Part shown: positions 52,535 to 64,000 of the stretch, piece by piece
Layout of the letters: each line of letters starts with the position of its first letter
How positions within the stretch are numbered: the stretch's first letter is position 1
NCBI RefSeq assembly: GCF_004010195.1
Contig: NC_057717.1
Location: 104,096,910 to 104,160,909 of the forward strand
DNA from: Chiloscyllium plagiosum
Taxonomy: Eukaryota
Length of the DNA: 64,000 nt
Reading direction: 5' to 3'
The notes under the pieces: generated by a model
What the model was told of the DNA's origin: nothing
What the model saw: only the letters and a program-made list of their open reading frames with translations
The model's database searches: none
Made by a program: the position numbers and the translations under genes

Positions 52535-53089
52535 TTAGATATACTCTGGGCTAAAGGGATCAAAGTGTATGGGGAGAAAGCGGGACCAGGGTTTGAGTGG
52601 GCTGATACAAAAACAGAAATTGCTGGAGAAACTCAGCAGGTCTGGCAGCATCTGTGGGGTAGAAAACAGAATTTAGCTGAACTGAAGAAGAGTCACTGGA
52701 CTTGCAGTGTTAACTCTGCTTTCTGTCCACATGCTGCCAGACCTGCTGAGTTCTCCAGCATCCACAGTTCTTTGTTTTATTTATGTGAGGGGGCTGGGTT
52801 TGATGATCATATTGAATAATGGAGCAGGCTCCAAGGACCGAATGACCTAATCTGCTCCTGTTTATTGTTTCCCATTTCATCTCCTGTTCTAGTCCTCGAT
52901 TTTCTCTCGAGCTAACGAGCAAACAAAACAAAGTCTTAAATGTGCTTAATGGCTGAGCTTCCACAGCCTCTTGAGTAGCGAGTTTCAAAGCTTGATCCTC
53001 CAAGTGAGGAAATTCCTCCTCATCGCGTTCCTAAATGATCAACCCTTTATACTAGGGTGGTGCTGTATAGTCTGTGACTCTTGAGCTGG

Positions 53090-54212
53090 GAAAATTGGCT
53101 CAAAGTTTGTGAGAAGATTTGTAGCTCGGGTGCTCGTTGTTGTGGTTCTGTTCGCCGAGCTCGGAATTTGTGTTGCAGACGTTTCGTCCCCTGTCTAGGT
53201 GACATCCTCAGTGCTTGGGAGCCTCCTGTGAAGCGCTTTTGTGATCTTTCCTCCGGCATTTGTAGTGGTTTGAATCTGCCGCTTCCGGTTGTCAGTTCCA
53301 GCTGCCCGCTGCAGTGGTCGGTATATTTGGTCCAGGTCGATGTGTTTGTTGATAGAATCTGTGGATGAGTGCCATGCCTCTAGGAATTCCCTGGCTNNNN
53401 NNNNNNNNNNNNNNNNNNNNNNNNNNNNNNNNNNNNNNNNNNNNNNNNNNNNNNNNNNNNNNNNNNNNNNNNNNNNNNNNNNNNNNNNNNNNNNNNNNNN
53501 NNNNNNNNNNNNNNNNNNNNNNNNNNNNNNNNNNNNNNNNNNNNNNNNNNNNNNNNNNNNNNNNNNNNNNNNNNNNNNNNNNNNNNNNNNNNNNNNNNNN
53601 NNNNNNNNNNNNNNNNNNNNNNNNNNNNNNNNNNNNNNNNNNNNNNNNNNNNNNNNNNNNNNNNNNNNNNNNNNNNNNNNNNNNNNNNNNNNNNNNNNNN
53701 NNNNNNNNNNNNNNNNNNNNNNNNNNNNNNNNNNNNNNNNNNNNNNNNNNNNNNNNNNNNNNNNNNNNNNNNNNNNNNNNNNNNNNNNNNNNNNNNNNNN
53801 NNNNNNNNNNNNNNNNNNNNNNNNNNNNNNNNNNNNNNNNNNNNNNNNNNNNNNNNNNNNNNNNNNNNNNNNNNNNNNNNNNNNNNNNNNNNNNNNNNNN
53901 NNNNNNNNNNNNNNNNNNNNNNNNNNNNNNNNNNNNNNNNNNNNNNNNNNNNNNNNNNNNNNNNNNNNNNNNNNNNNNNNNNNNNNNNNNNNNNNNNNNN
54001 NNNNNNNNNNNNNNNNNNNNNGGTGTTCTTCTTCCTCTTTTTGCAGTTCTGGTGTACTGCAGTGTGTTGTGGCCCTTTTGAACAGTGTCTAGATGCAACT
54101 TCTTTTGTGTGTGTTGGAGTGGTTGCTTTCATCATTGGCTCATCCAGCATCATCCTGTGGGATAAGGGATTTATCCAGGGTTCTGTTTTCACCCTTGGTT
54201 CAAATAAAATGT
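53090..54212 (-). mobile_element. Penelope-like element (gap inside) with an intact-looking hammerhead core
   Basis: Minus frames show SNHSNTHKRSCI.TLFKRATTHCS (RT C-terminus) and REFLEAWHSSTDSINKHIDL (GIY-YIG end); hammerhead motif at 53175-53214. Confidence 0.85.
53397..54021. other. Assembly gap (625 N)
   Basis: Run of N. Confidence 1.
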
Positions 54213-54440
54213 TTGCTGTTTGGCCATTGCCATAGAATGCTGCTTCAAACCAGTTGCTGAGCTAACAATTTCAAATGGAATGTTGTTCCTGAAATGTTAA
54301 CATGACTGTCCTGTGGGTGTAGAACCTTGCTGTTTGGCCATTGCCATAGAATGCTGCTTCAAACCAGTTGCTGAGCTAACAATTTCAAATGGAATGTTGT
54401 TCCTGAAATGTTAACATGACTGTCCTGTGGGTGTAGAACC
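54213..54440 (+). repeat. Perfect 114-bp tandem duplication
   Basis: 54213-54326 equals 54327-54440. Confidence 0.9.
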
Positions 54441-56524
54441 AAACTCATTCTCCATAACAAATATAATCTTCTTCCAAAAGTGAGGGGAACGATGAAACAA
54501 TTCTTCTGTCATTCCAGGTTCTATGACAGAGTCCCAAAATTGTTTCTTGTCCCTTCTTTAACTGGTCATGGGTTAAGAGCGTCACTGACTAGATCAGCAT
54601 GAAATGCATGTTCTTAATTGGTCTAAAGGCAAGAGTTTGCCCCATCATTGTGGACCTGAGTCATTTATCAATTGACAGTGGCTAGGCCAGTTTTAATTCC
54701 AGATTTTTATCAAAATCAAGTTTCCCCATCTGCCATGGTGGGTTTCAAACACATGTTTCTAGAATGTTAGGCCTGTGTTCTGGATTACTAGTCCATTGGC
54801 ATTAGCACTGCAACTCTAATGCGTTGCAGTGCTAATGCCACAGGTGTGCATGAGTTGTGTTGATGATTTTTGCAGTGAGTGGAAAAGCAAAATTTTAGGT
54901 TCAAGTATCCCCAGAGAACAGGACAATCAACAACAGCATTTCCCAAAGAACATTTTTACCAGCCTCTAGTCTGGTGACAGCCAGTATTACGTACCAGGCT
55001 TCCAGTAGGTAACAGTGCTTCTTTGAGTTGATTAAGGTTTTGCTTGTTTAGACACGTGGCTGTAATAACACGTTGCAAATAGATTCCTTATGAGGGTTGG
55101 TCTCAGTGGATCGGCTAATTGTTATACCATGCAACCTCCAACTTACCTTTATAACATCTTCATGAAATATGATTGGATATTTTACAGGGACAGTTATCCT
55201 TACGTGGCTCAGTTCTATTTGATATGTTGGAAGAACTTGGTCAAAGAGGGAGATTTTTCTAGAGCTTATTCAAAGGAGCTGAAGTTTAGGGAGGAGAATT
55301 CAGGGTTCAGGGCCTTAGAAATGGTGTGAGGGCTATCAGTGATGGAGCAATCAAAAGTTAGGGATGCATCGGGATTAGGGGAGTTGCTTGTTACTCCTTG
55401 TATCATCCAGTTTTGATATTTTGCCATTTACTGTATGTCTACCCTGACTTAATAATCAGTTTTTGTACAAAGACTTCAATTATACATCCTGCTGGTATTG
55501 ACTGTTGATTGTTCATACAAGTTTATCTCTGGTTGCTGTTTGAGACATCGCAGTGTGTTTATTCACTCTTGCACTTCACAAGGCTGCTGCATACCCTGGT
55601 GTACAGCTGCTGTACTGTGGAACTGAATATCTTTTTCAGGGCTGCAGCAGTGAAGAATGAGTTCCTAAGGGAAAGGTAGTTAAAAATACAAACCGCCTTG
55701 GAGTTGCAGCTCGGATTAGGGACCAACAACAGTGATAGCTTGGTCCTTTTCCCTTTCGGAGGAGTGACTTTTAGCAGCAGTGATACAACGTCTGCTAAAC
55801 TGGCATCGGAGCCCCTGAATGAAGGAAGAGAAAATGGGGTCAGGTTCCCATCCAGCTTCCCTTGCAGAAAATGAACAATGTCAGTAAATGATAAGGATGT
55901 GTGAGCTTAGTTTGTGACGCTTCAGAATCAAGAGTGAATCTGATTTTGAGGTGTTTAATGTAGTCGGATGTTTGAATAGAGCTGGTTGAAGGAAACATGC
56001 AAACCTATGAACACATGAAGTTGGAGCAAAAGTAGACCATTCAGTCCCTTGGGTCTGGTCAACCATTCAATAAGATGATGAATGACCTGCTTGTGTTTCA
56101 AATTCCACGTTTCCATCCCTGATAACCCTTAATTCCCCCCTGCTTACCAAGAACGTATCCAGGGTGGTTTAAAAATATTCAGTGGAGGATTAGTCTTTTA
56201 GCCCCTGCATCTGTTCTGCCATTCAGCTGGATCATGACCTTTCTCTTGCCTCCATCTACTCATCTTGGTTCCACATCCCTGAAGATCAATGACCAGTAAT
56301 CCACTTTTTCTGGGGAGTGGGAAGAGTTTCAGATTTCCATTACTGTATGCGTGAAGAATGGCATTCTGACATCACTCCTAAAAAACCTACTGCTAATTTT
56401 GATGTGTATAGCAACGGTTTTAGACTTTTGGTCTTCTCCAAACACATCAATTCTACCTTATTGCTCCAAACCATAAAGTTGACAGTTTGTGCCCTATCAT
56501 CTTTTTGAACCCATTTTTAGCTCT

Positions 56525-57745
56525 TGATTGATTTTATTGTTGTCACATGTACCGAGATTTTGAGTGTTTTGTGTACTATACAGACAGTACCATACAAAAG
56601 TGCATACAGAATGTGGAATGCAGTGTTACAGCAACAAAGAAGATGCAGAGAGAGAAAGAGATCAGAATTGCATTTGAGAGGTCCATTCAAAAGTCTGATA
56701 ACAGCAGAGAAGAAGCTGTCCTTGAATCCATTTGCGCGTGTAGTCAGATGTTTATATCATCTGCTCAAAATAAAAAGATGGAAGAGAGTGTAGCTAGAGT
56801 CGGAGGGGTCTGTGATGATGTTGGTTGCTTTCCCAAAGCAGCAGGAAGTATAGATGGAGTCAATGGATGGGAGGCTGGTTTGCGTCATAGACTGAGCTGT
56901 ATTCACCACTCTGGGTAGTTTCCTGCAGTCTTGGGAAGAAGCAGTTGCCATCCCACACTGTGCTGCATCCAGATGGAATGGTGCATCCATAAAAATTGGT
57001 TAAGAGTCTTTGTGGACATGCTGAATCTCTTTAGTTTCCTGAGGAAGTCAAACCATTGTTGTGCTTTCTTGACTGTCACATCAACACAGGTAGACCAGGA
57101 CAGATTGTTGGTGATCGTCACTTCCAGGAACTTGATGCTCTCGACCATCTCCACCTCAGCACCATTGACACAGACAGGGACATGCCCTCCAATCCGCTTC
57201 CTGAAGTCAATGAGCCGCTCCTTCATTTTGCTGACGTGGATGGAGAAATTGTTGTATTTATACCATGCTGCACTCAATCTCTTTCCTCCACTCTATCTCA
57301 TCATTGTTTGTGATCTGACCTACAACGGTGGTGTCATCAGCAAACTTGTAAATGGAGTTGGGATGGAATTTCGCCATATGCTTGAGAGTATATAAAGAGT
57401 ATAGTAGGGGGCAATCTAAGCAGCTTTTTGGGACACCGGTGTTGAGGATTATGATGGAGGAGGTGTTGTCACCTATTCTTACTGATGGCTGTCTGTAGAT
57501 CAAGGAGTTGAGGATCCAGTTATAGAGGTGGGAGCCGAGATCTAGGTCTCAGTTTGTTTGGAATTAGGTGTTGAAGGTGGAACTGTAGTCAATAAATTGG
57601 AGCCTGATTGTAGGTATCCTTGTTATCAAGGTGTTCTAGGGATGAGTATAGGGCCAGAGAGCTGTCATCTGCCTGTTGTACCGGTAAGCGAATTGCAAAG
57701 AATTAATAATTATTCCTAAAGATTCATAATTATTGAGGTCAGAGC
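56525..57745 (-). mobile_element. Rex1/Babar LINE fragment (RT)
   Basis: QPSVRIGDNTSS...LNTGVP...PLLYSLYT...IYKFADDTTVVGQITNNDE and IDFRK...VEMVESIKFL.VTITNNLSWS. Confidence 0.85.
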
Positions 57746-58091
57746 CACTAGGTGGTCCACCCAGGATCTAAGTGCATAGGTGGAGCCTCCATCCAGGCCA
57801 GTCACTTGCTGTGGGTTCACTCTCAAAAAGGCCGATCTAACGTCTGTGGCAGTGACTGTGGGTACAGATTACATCCGAGGCTGTGTAAATAGGTCTCTGT
57901 CCCAGCCAATCCATCTGTCAGCTAACATGCAAACCACGTTTGTGAATCTTACACGATTTTCCCAGCGTTGGAAGCCACAGGCCTTCCTTGACACCTGGCC
58001 TTTTATTTCTCTTTTTGTTATTTACGATCAGCTCTGCATTGTCTTTGAAGTATAGGTGCACCCTTATACACGTAACTGGATGTTGTACTTG

Positions 58092-58512
58092 GAGAAAGTG
58101 AGGATTGCAAATGCTGGAGATCAGAGTCGAGTGTGGCACTGGAAAATCACAGCAGCTCAGGCAGCATCCAAGGAGGAGAATCAACGTTTCGTGGCATAAG
58201 CCCTTCAGGAATGGATGAAGCCATTCCTGTTGAAGGGCTTATGCCCAACATGTCGATTTTCCTGCTCCTCTGATGCTGTCTGACCTGTTTGATTAGATTA
58301 GATTCCCTACAGTGTGGAAACAGGCTCTTCAGCCCAACAAGTCCACACCGACCCTCCAAAGAGTAGCCCACCCAGTCCCATTTCCCTCTGACTAATGCAT
58401 CTAACACTATGGGCAATTTATCAGACACTGGGAGAAAGTCACCCAAGGCTGGAATTGAACCTGGTGCTGTGAGGCAGCAGTGCTAACCACTGAGCCACTG
58501 CCCATCTCGACT
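58092..58512. mobile_element. Palindromic PLE-derived insertion with a nested minus-strand V-SINE (58290-58503)
   Basis: 16-bp direct repeat CTGGATGTTGTACTTG at 58076-58091 and 58513-58528. Confidence 0.8.
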
Positions 58513-59361
58513 CTGGATGTTGTACTTGCCTAGGATACAGTGTACAAAACTTCCAATAAGACTTCACTGGCCGTGAAAGAATCTGGCCATCCCAATGACT
58601 TTAAAATTGCTGCGTAATTACATGTTCCTTCTTTGTGGTTAACCACAAACTGATATTGCAGGCTGGTGTGTGACCTATATCCTTGCTTTCTGTATGAGAG
58701 CTAATTCTGAATTGCTGTTTGTTCAGTATTGAGGGGAAGGTGTGAATCTGAGTGACAAGTAAACCAATCAGTTTATTAAAGTCTGTTGTCAGTTCATATA
58801 CTCTAATTAAAATTTAATAAAGGATTTGATAAGGTAGGTACAAGGATGTGTCTATTTGTCAGTGGGAAGACAGAGTCCCGAACAAATCTAGTGAGGCATT
58901 TGAGAGCATGTTCTCTGTTACAAGTGATTATTAGACTTTGTAATTAGCTACTGCAGGGAGTGGTGGTTGAAAATCAAACGTATTGGAGGTAGCTAGATAA
59001 ATGCATGATGGAGAAAGGAATCCCAGGATGAAATGATGGCATGGGAGGAGGTTCATATGGAAAATAACCAACAGCATGGACAAGCTGGTTAAACATCTGT
59101 TTCTGGGCTGTCGATTTTGTATAATTCTATGCAGTACAATATAACTCATAATCTCTACTAGCTGAATGTAACCCTGTATTATAAGGAGTACTTCTCTAGT
59201 CTCTAACGCCTAATGTCAATTTCTTTCTTTTTTGAATAAAGGCACCCCACAAAACTATGGAGAAGTGTCTGTCACGTGCCTGTGCGTGCACATGATATTT
59301 GCATAAGCATTTGGTTGTCACAGACCAGCCTAACTGCATGTTTTCCTGTGTTACCCAATAG

Positions 59362-59547
59362 ATTATGTTCTGCACTCTGAACACCCATAAAGTGGACATG
59401 GACAAACTGCTAGGTGGGCAAATTGGCCTCGAAGATTTCATCTTTGCTCATGTCAAAGGGCAGAAGAAAGAAGTTGAAATCTACAAATCAGAAGATGCTC
59501 TGGGTCTTACCATCACTGACAATGGAGCAGGCTATGCATTTATCAAG
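59362..59547 (+). CDS. gipc1: GIPC1 coding exon 2 (GH1 end / PDZ start)
   Basis: Acceptor aatAG ending at 59361, donor GTAACT at 59548. [62 protein letters not shown] (186 nt), nearly identical to GIPC1. Confidence 0.95.
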
Positions 59548-62099
59548 GTAACTCTTGAAAACATTTTTGTGTGAAATAGTGGGGAATTGGATTCCTAAGC
59601 AATTAAATGAGCTATACATATAAAGCTTGCGAACAATGAATTTTGGATATTCTGGCTTCGAGAATACATGAAGTCCACATTATGCAGTATTAACTGAGAT
59701 GGATAAATTAACTTATGCCTGACTATGGGTCTCTTGTTGTACAAGGAAATTAGGGACACGCAATCTTATGAGCATTTCTTTCAGCTGTTGAAATATAATT
59801 GAGTTTATTGTCTCACCCAAAAGGGAGTTCCCTTTGATAGGATGGCACTCCCTCTGTACAGTGTCTGGGAGCATAAACGTTGATTCTGAACTAAATAATG
59901 TAGGGGCAGTTGAAAACGTTGTGCCCTGTTGAACCTGCTCCACCATTCAGTATGATCATGCTTGATCAGACTTCAATTCCACTTCTATGCCCACCAATAA
60001 TCCCTAAGACCTCTCTCTTCCAGTTTTTGATATGTTAAACCATGGAGCATTCTCAACCCTTTGGAATAGAGAATTCCAAAGATTCCCAAACCACTGACTG
60101 AAGAAAGTTCTCATCTCTGTCCTAAAACTCTGCCTTCTTAATCTAAATTCCCCAGTGGCGGAAACACCTCTGTATGTACTCTATCAAGCCCCCTTCATTA
60201 TCATGAGCTTTCCACTGAGATAATTTTTCCTTTCTCTAAACTCCAGAGAGTATAAACCCAATTTATTCCATACCTCATTCACACCAACCCTCTTTGAGGT
60301 GGGATTTGATTCCATGGCATTCTGACTTGAATGAGCATGCTATCCACTGAGTCACACCTGACTCCAGAAGTGAATTCCCCAGCGGAAACATTGATTTGGA
60401 GATCCACCCAGAGCTGAAGGGAGCAGTTATGCAGGTTTCACAAGCCTAACTGGTACTGATTTTTAAGGGATGGATAAGGTTAGGAAACGTGAAAGTTGCC
60501 TTTGACCTTTTCAAAGCATAGCACACCCCAGAGAGTTGCAAATATTCTCCCTGTTTTAAGGGGCTATTAACTTGATTGAGCATGATGCATCTCCCCAAGA
60601 AAAGTTTGTTTCTTTCTTACAAGTCACAATTTTCAAGATTGACAAAGAAAGAAAGTAGATGGGAATTTTAAATGTATTGAATTGTGATCTGGAAAGTGCT
60701 GTCTGAAAGGATGTTGGAAGCAAATTCATAGTAACTTTCAAAAGGTAATGAATATATACCTGAACAGAAAACTATTAGGTCTACAGGGGAAACGGAGGAG
60801 TAGGGGGACTAATTGGATATTTCATTCAAAGAACAAGCACAGGCTCAATGGGTCAGATGACTTCCTTCTGTTTGTTATTCTGATATTTATCAAGAAAATC
60901 ATAATAAACTATATTAAGCTGGGCAAATGGTTGGTAAGAGTTTATTACAAACACTGAAAAGGAAAGAAATTTAACTATTCCTTTTATCCCAACAATATTC
61001 TTGCAAACATCTATCTTTGAGCCAAACATTCATCTTTCTAATCTAATGTGCTCTATGCCAATTTGCATGTGGCTCAGTTTATAATGAAGAGATTATTTTT
61101 GAGATTCTGCCTGTTAAGTTGGTGCCTAGCTTGTCGTACTAATTGTATAGAACCACCTTCTTTGTCCTACTTATGTCATTGTTATCTACGTGGAAAAAAA
61201 CAACTGAATCCTCAACCTCACATTGTAAGTGCTTCTTCAGCCCTGAGCAGACTTCCCAAACCCTGACTCTGAGCCATCTGGATCTGCAGTCTTTACTGTA
61301 GAGAACAGCGTCTGTCCCCATACTATCTGTCCAATACTACCAGTGCATTCCTCCTCAATCTTCCCACTTTTCATACGCACAGGTATACACGTGCCTTACC
61401 TGACTGGCACCATGGTTCAGGAAGCCAATCATCCTGCTGTCCTCTCCTTCATCCAGAAGGAACTTTGAACCTATGAGGCAATTGCAAAAGCTGAGACATT
61501 AGTCTCTGGGTCCCCTTACCTGTTTTAATTGCAAATCACAATTTGCTGTCCCTGAAAACTGACCACATCAAATGATCCACCTGCAAGAGGTGTGACTTCC
61601 TCCTAGTACAAAGAATCCAGGTAATTTCCCTTTCCCAGTACATTGCAGTACAGCCTCCAATCGAGTTGTGGCTGCTTGAACTTCAACCACTTGCTGTAGG
61701 CATATTTCCCCTGGACCAAACTGACATTCAGGTGTTTCCACCTTCTGTAATTGTGAAACATCACTTATCCTGCTATCCTTAATGTTTTTTCTCGGAACTG
61801 CTTAGTTATTTTGTTGAATTTTATATTTAGTTATGTTTTATATCTTGCAGGGAGATGGTGGCATAATGCTATTATCACTGGACTAGTATCACAGATTAAT
61901 CTTCTGGTCTAAATAAAAACTGAAAGAACTTCGGATGCTGAAATCAGAAGCAAAAACAGAAATTGCTGGAAAAGTTCAGCAGGTCTTGGCAGCATCTGTG
62001 AAGAGAAATCAGAGTGACCCTTCTTCAGAACTGATGTAGTTGGGAAGAGGTCGGTTTATATGCATTTTCCAGCAATTTCTATTCTTGTTTCTAATATTC

Positions 62100-62612
62100 A
62101 GGTCCACCTGCTACAGGAAAGGTGTTGTTAAACTTGAGAGGATGTAGAAAAGATTTACAAGGATGTGGCCGGGGAAGAAAGATTTGAGCTATAGGGAGAG
62201 GCTGAATAGGCTCGGGCTTTTTCCCTGTGGCATCATAAGCTGAGAGGTGATCTTAGAGGTTTATAAAATCGTGAGGGCCATTGATAGGGTGAACAGCCAA
62301 GGTCTCTTTCCAGGATGGGAGACTCCAAAGCTAGAGGGCATATGTTTAAGGTGAGAGGGGAAACATATAAAAGGGACCTAAGGGGCAACATTTTCACGCA
62401 GAGGGTGGTGCGTTGTATGGAATGAGCTGCCAGAGGAAGTGGTGAAATTGGTACAATTACAGCATTTAAAAGACATCTGGGTGGATATATGAATAGGAAG
62501 AGTTTAGAGGGATATGGGCCAAATGCTGGCAAAAGGGACTAGATTAATTTAGGATATAGATGAGTTGGACCAAAGAGTCTGTTTTTGTGTTGTACATTTC
62601 TATGACTGTATA
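62100..62612 (+). mobile_element. CR1 LINE 3' fragment
   Basis: Same family as 45100-45720. Confidence 0.85.
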
Positions 62613-63466
62613 ACATGGTTCAAAATACTACCATGACAGATGGTGAAATTGGATTTCACTAAAAATCTGGAATTAAAAAGGTTGGCCTAATAGTGACCAT
62701 GTAACCACTGTTGATTGTTGTAGGAATCCATCTGGCTCACTAATGTCCTTTTTAAGGAAATGAATTTATCATCCTTATCTGGTCTGGTCTGTATGTGACT
62801 TAACAGCAGTATTGGTGTTTAAAATAAATGCTGGTCTAGGCAGTGACACAATTTGTGATGCTAATTTGCACCATAGTAATAGAATAAGCGTTAATCACTG
62901 ATCACATAGTCACCAAATAACCAGCTATTTTTCCTGTAGTAGAATAAGAATTAATTTCTGAGGCTGAAAAAGTTTGGGAAAAAGAAAAAAGCCACAGAAC
63001 ATATCATTCCCTCCTCCCCTTAACTCAAATCACTTAACATTGGCATACTATTTTAAATTGGCTAGTTTTACATACTTCTACAGCAACATGCCTATCTGAC
63101 ACACTTAATAAGAATTGAGATTGAGCTTTTTCTTTAATAAGCTGCTCTTTTGTACCCCTGTCTTCTGCAGTGACAGAGGCCTATCCCAGCCAGTGCTGTA
63201 CTCCCATCTTGTGCAGTGGCAGAGGCCCTGTCCCTGCCAGTGCTTACCCCAGTGTTGTGCACTGGTAGAGGCCTCTCCCCAAGTTACCAACTACCTCTGT
63301 ATGTGGCCATAGTCAGTGCCCATTGGTACCCCAGACAGGTTATTCAAAAATCCTTTTGCTTTATGTTCTCTTACCCCCCACCATTTCACTAGTAATGAGT
63401 CTGACAACAATACAAAATGGAGTTATGAAACAGCCCCACCTTTAAAAACTGTGATTTAATTGCCAG

Positions 63467-63647
63467 AGAATCAAAGAAGGAAGCCTCATTGACCGAATAG
63501 AGGCAATCAAGGTTGGGGATCTAATTGAGTCGATCAATGGCCAGAGTGTCATCGGTTTTCGCCACTTCGAGGTTGCCAAGCTGCTGAAAGGTCTGGTGAA
63601 GGGACAGCTGTTTACACTGCGTCTTGTGGAGCCTCTTAAGGCTTTCG
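63467..63647 (+). CDS. gipc1: GIPC1 coding exon 3 (PDZ domain); gene continues beyond the window
   Basis: Not in the ORF track. Acceptor gccAG ending at 63466, donor GTGAGT at 63648. [60 protein letters not shown] (181 nt). Confidence 0.93.
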
Positions 63648-64000
63648 GTGAGTCAGTGGCTCTCTTGTGTAAGTAGAATGTTACTGGATTCCTGCAGAGT
63701 TTCTTATTCTCTTCTCTCCCTATTAACTCTTCCTGTTAAACCCTGACCTTTCTGAGCTAACAAATCCCAAGGGCTTCCTCTCTCCAAGGTTTGTTTTCTC
63801 CGGAGCCCATACACTTGATGTCAGCCCCATGAAAACAGGTGGCTTCTGCCCTTTTCTGTACAAGTCCCCATCTTCTTACACTCTTTGTCTTTATAAACAT
63901 ATTTTCTTAAACCCTTAATAATGTCCCCATCTTCATCTTTTCAAAGTAAATTAACTCCACAGCTTTGAATGATACAATCCTGACACTTATCCCAGCTGGC

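Noticed and set aside
53289..54192. ORFs of 238-270 aa
   Set aside because: Artefacts of translating through the N gap.

Overview
Eukaryotic (vertebrate) genomic DNA, most likely from a shark. This is inferred from HE1/V-type tRNA SINEs, CR1, Rex-Babar, Tx1 and Penelope-like elements (PLEs), and Deu-domain SINE remnants. Three spliced genes lie on the + strand. (1) The last three coding exons of a divergent VCP/p97-like AAA ATPase (4135-4293, 5152-5303, 8725-8824), ending in DDDLYN*. (2) A complete DNAJB1-like Hsp40 CDS (33955-34165, 38488-39059, 40286-40516; 337 aa), whose probable promoter, with a perfect 4-unit heat-shock element, lies 12 kb upstream. (3) The first three coding exons of GIPC1 (48630-48896, 59362-59547, 63467-63647). 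The most notable observations are: a ~2.2 kb minisatellite built from the GIPC1 exon-1 splice junction, giving about 60 tandem copies of the 5' splice site; a family of short, often palindromic PLE-derived insertions with minimal hammerhead-ribozyme cores and 10-18 bp flanking direct repeats; a VCP paralog in the DNAJB1-GIPC1 block (possible 2R ohnolog); and an orphan CpG-rich promoter at ~12.7 kb. There are two assembly gaps (3653-3713, 53397-54021). Repeat boundaries and family names were judged by eye and are approximate.
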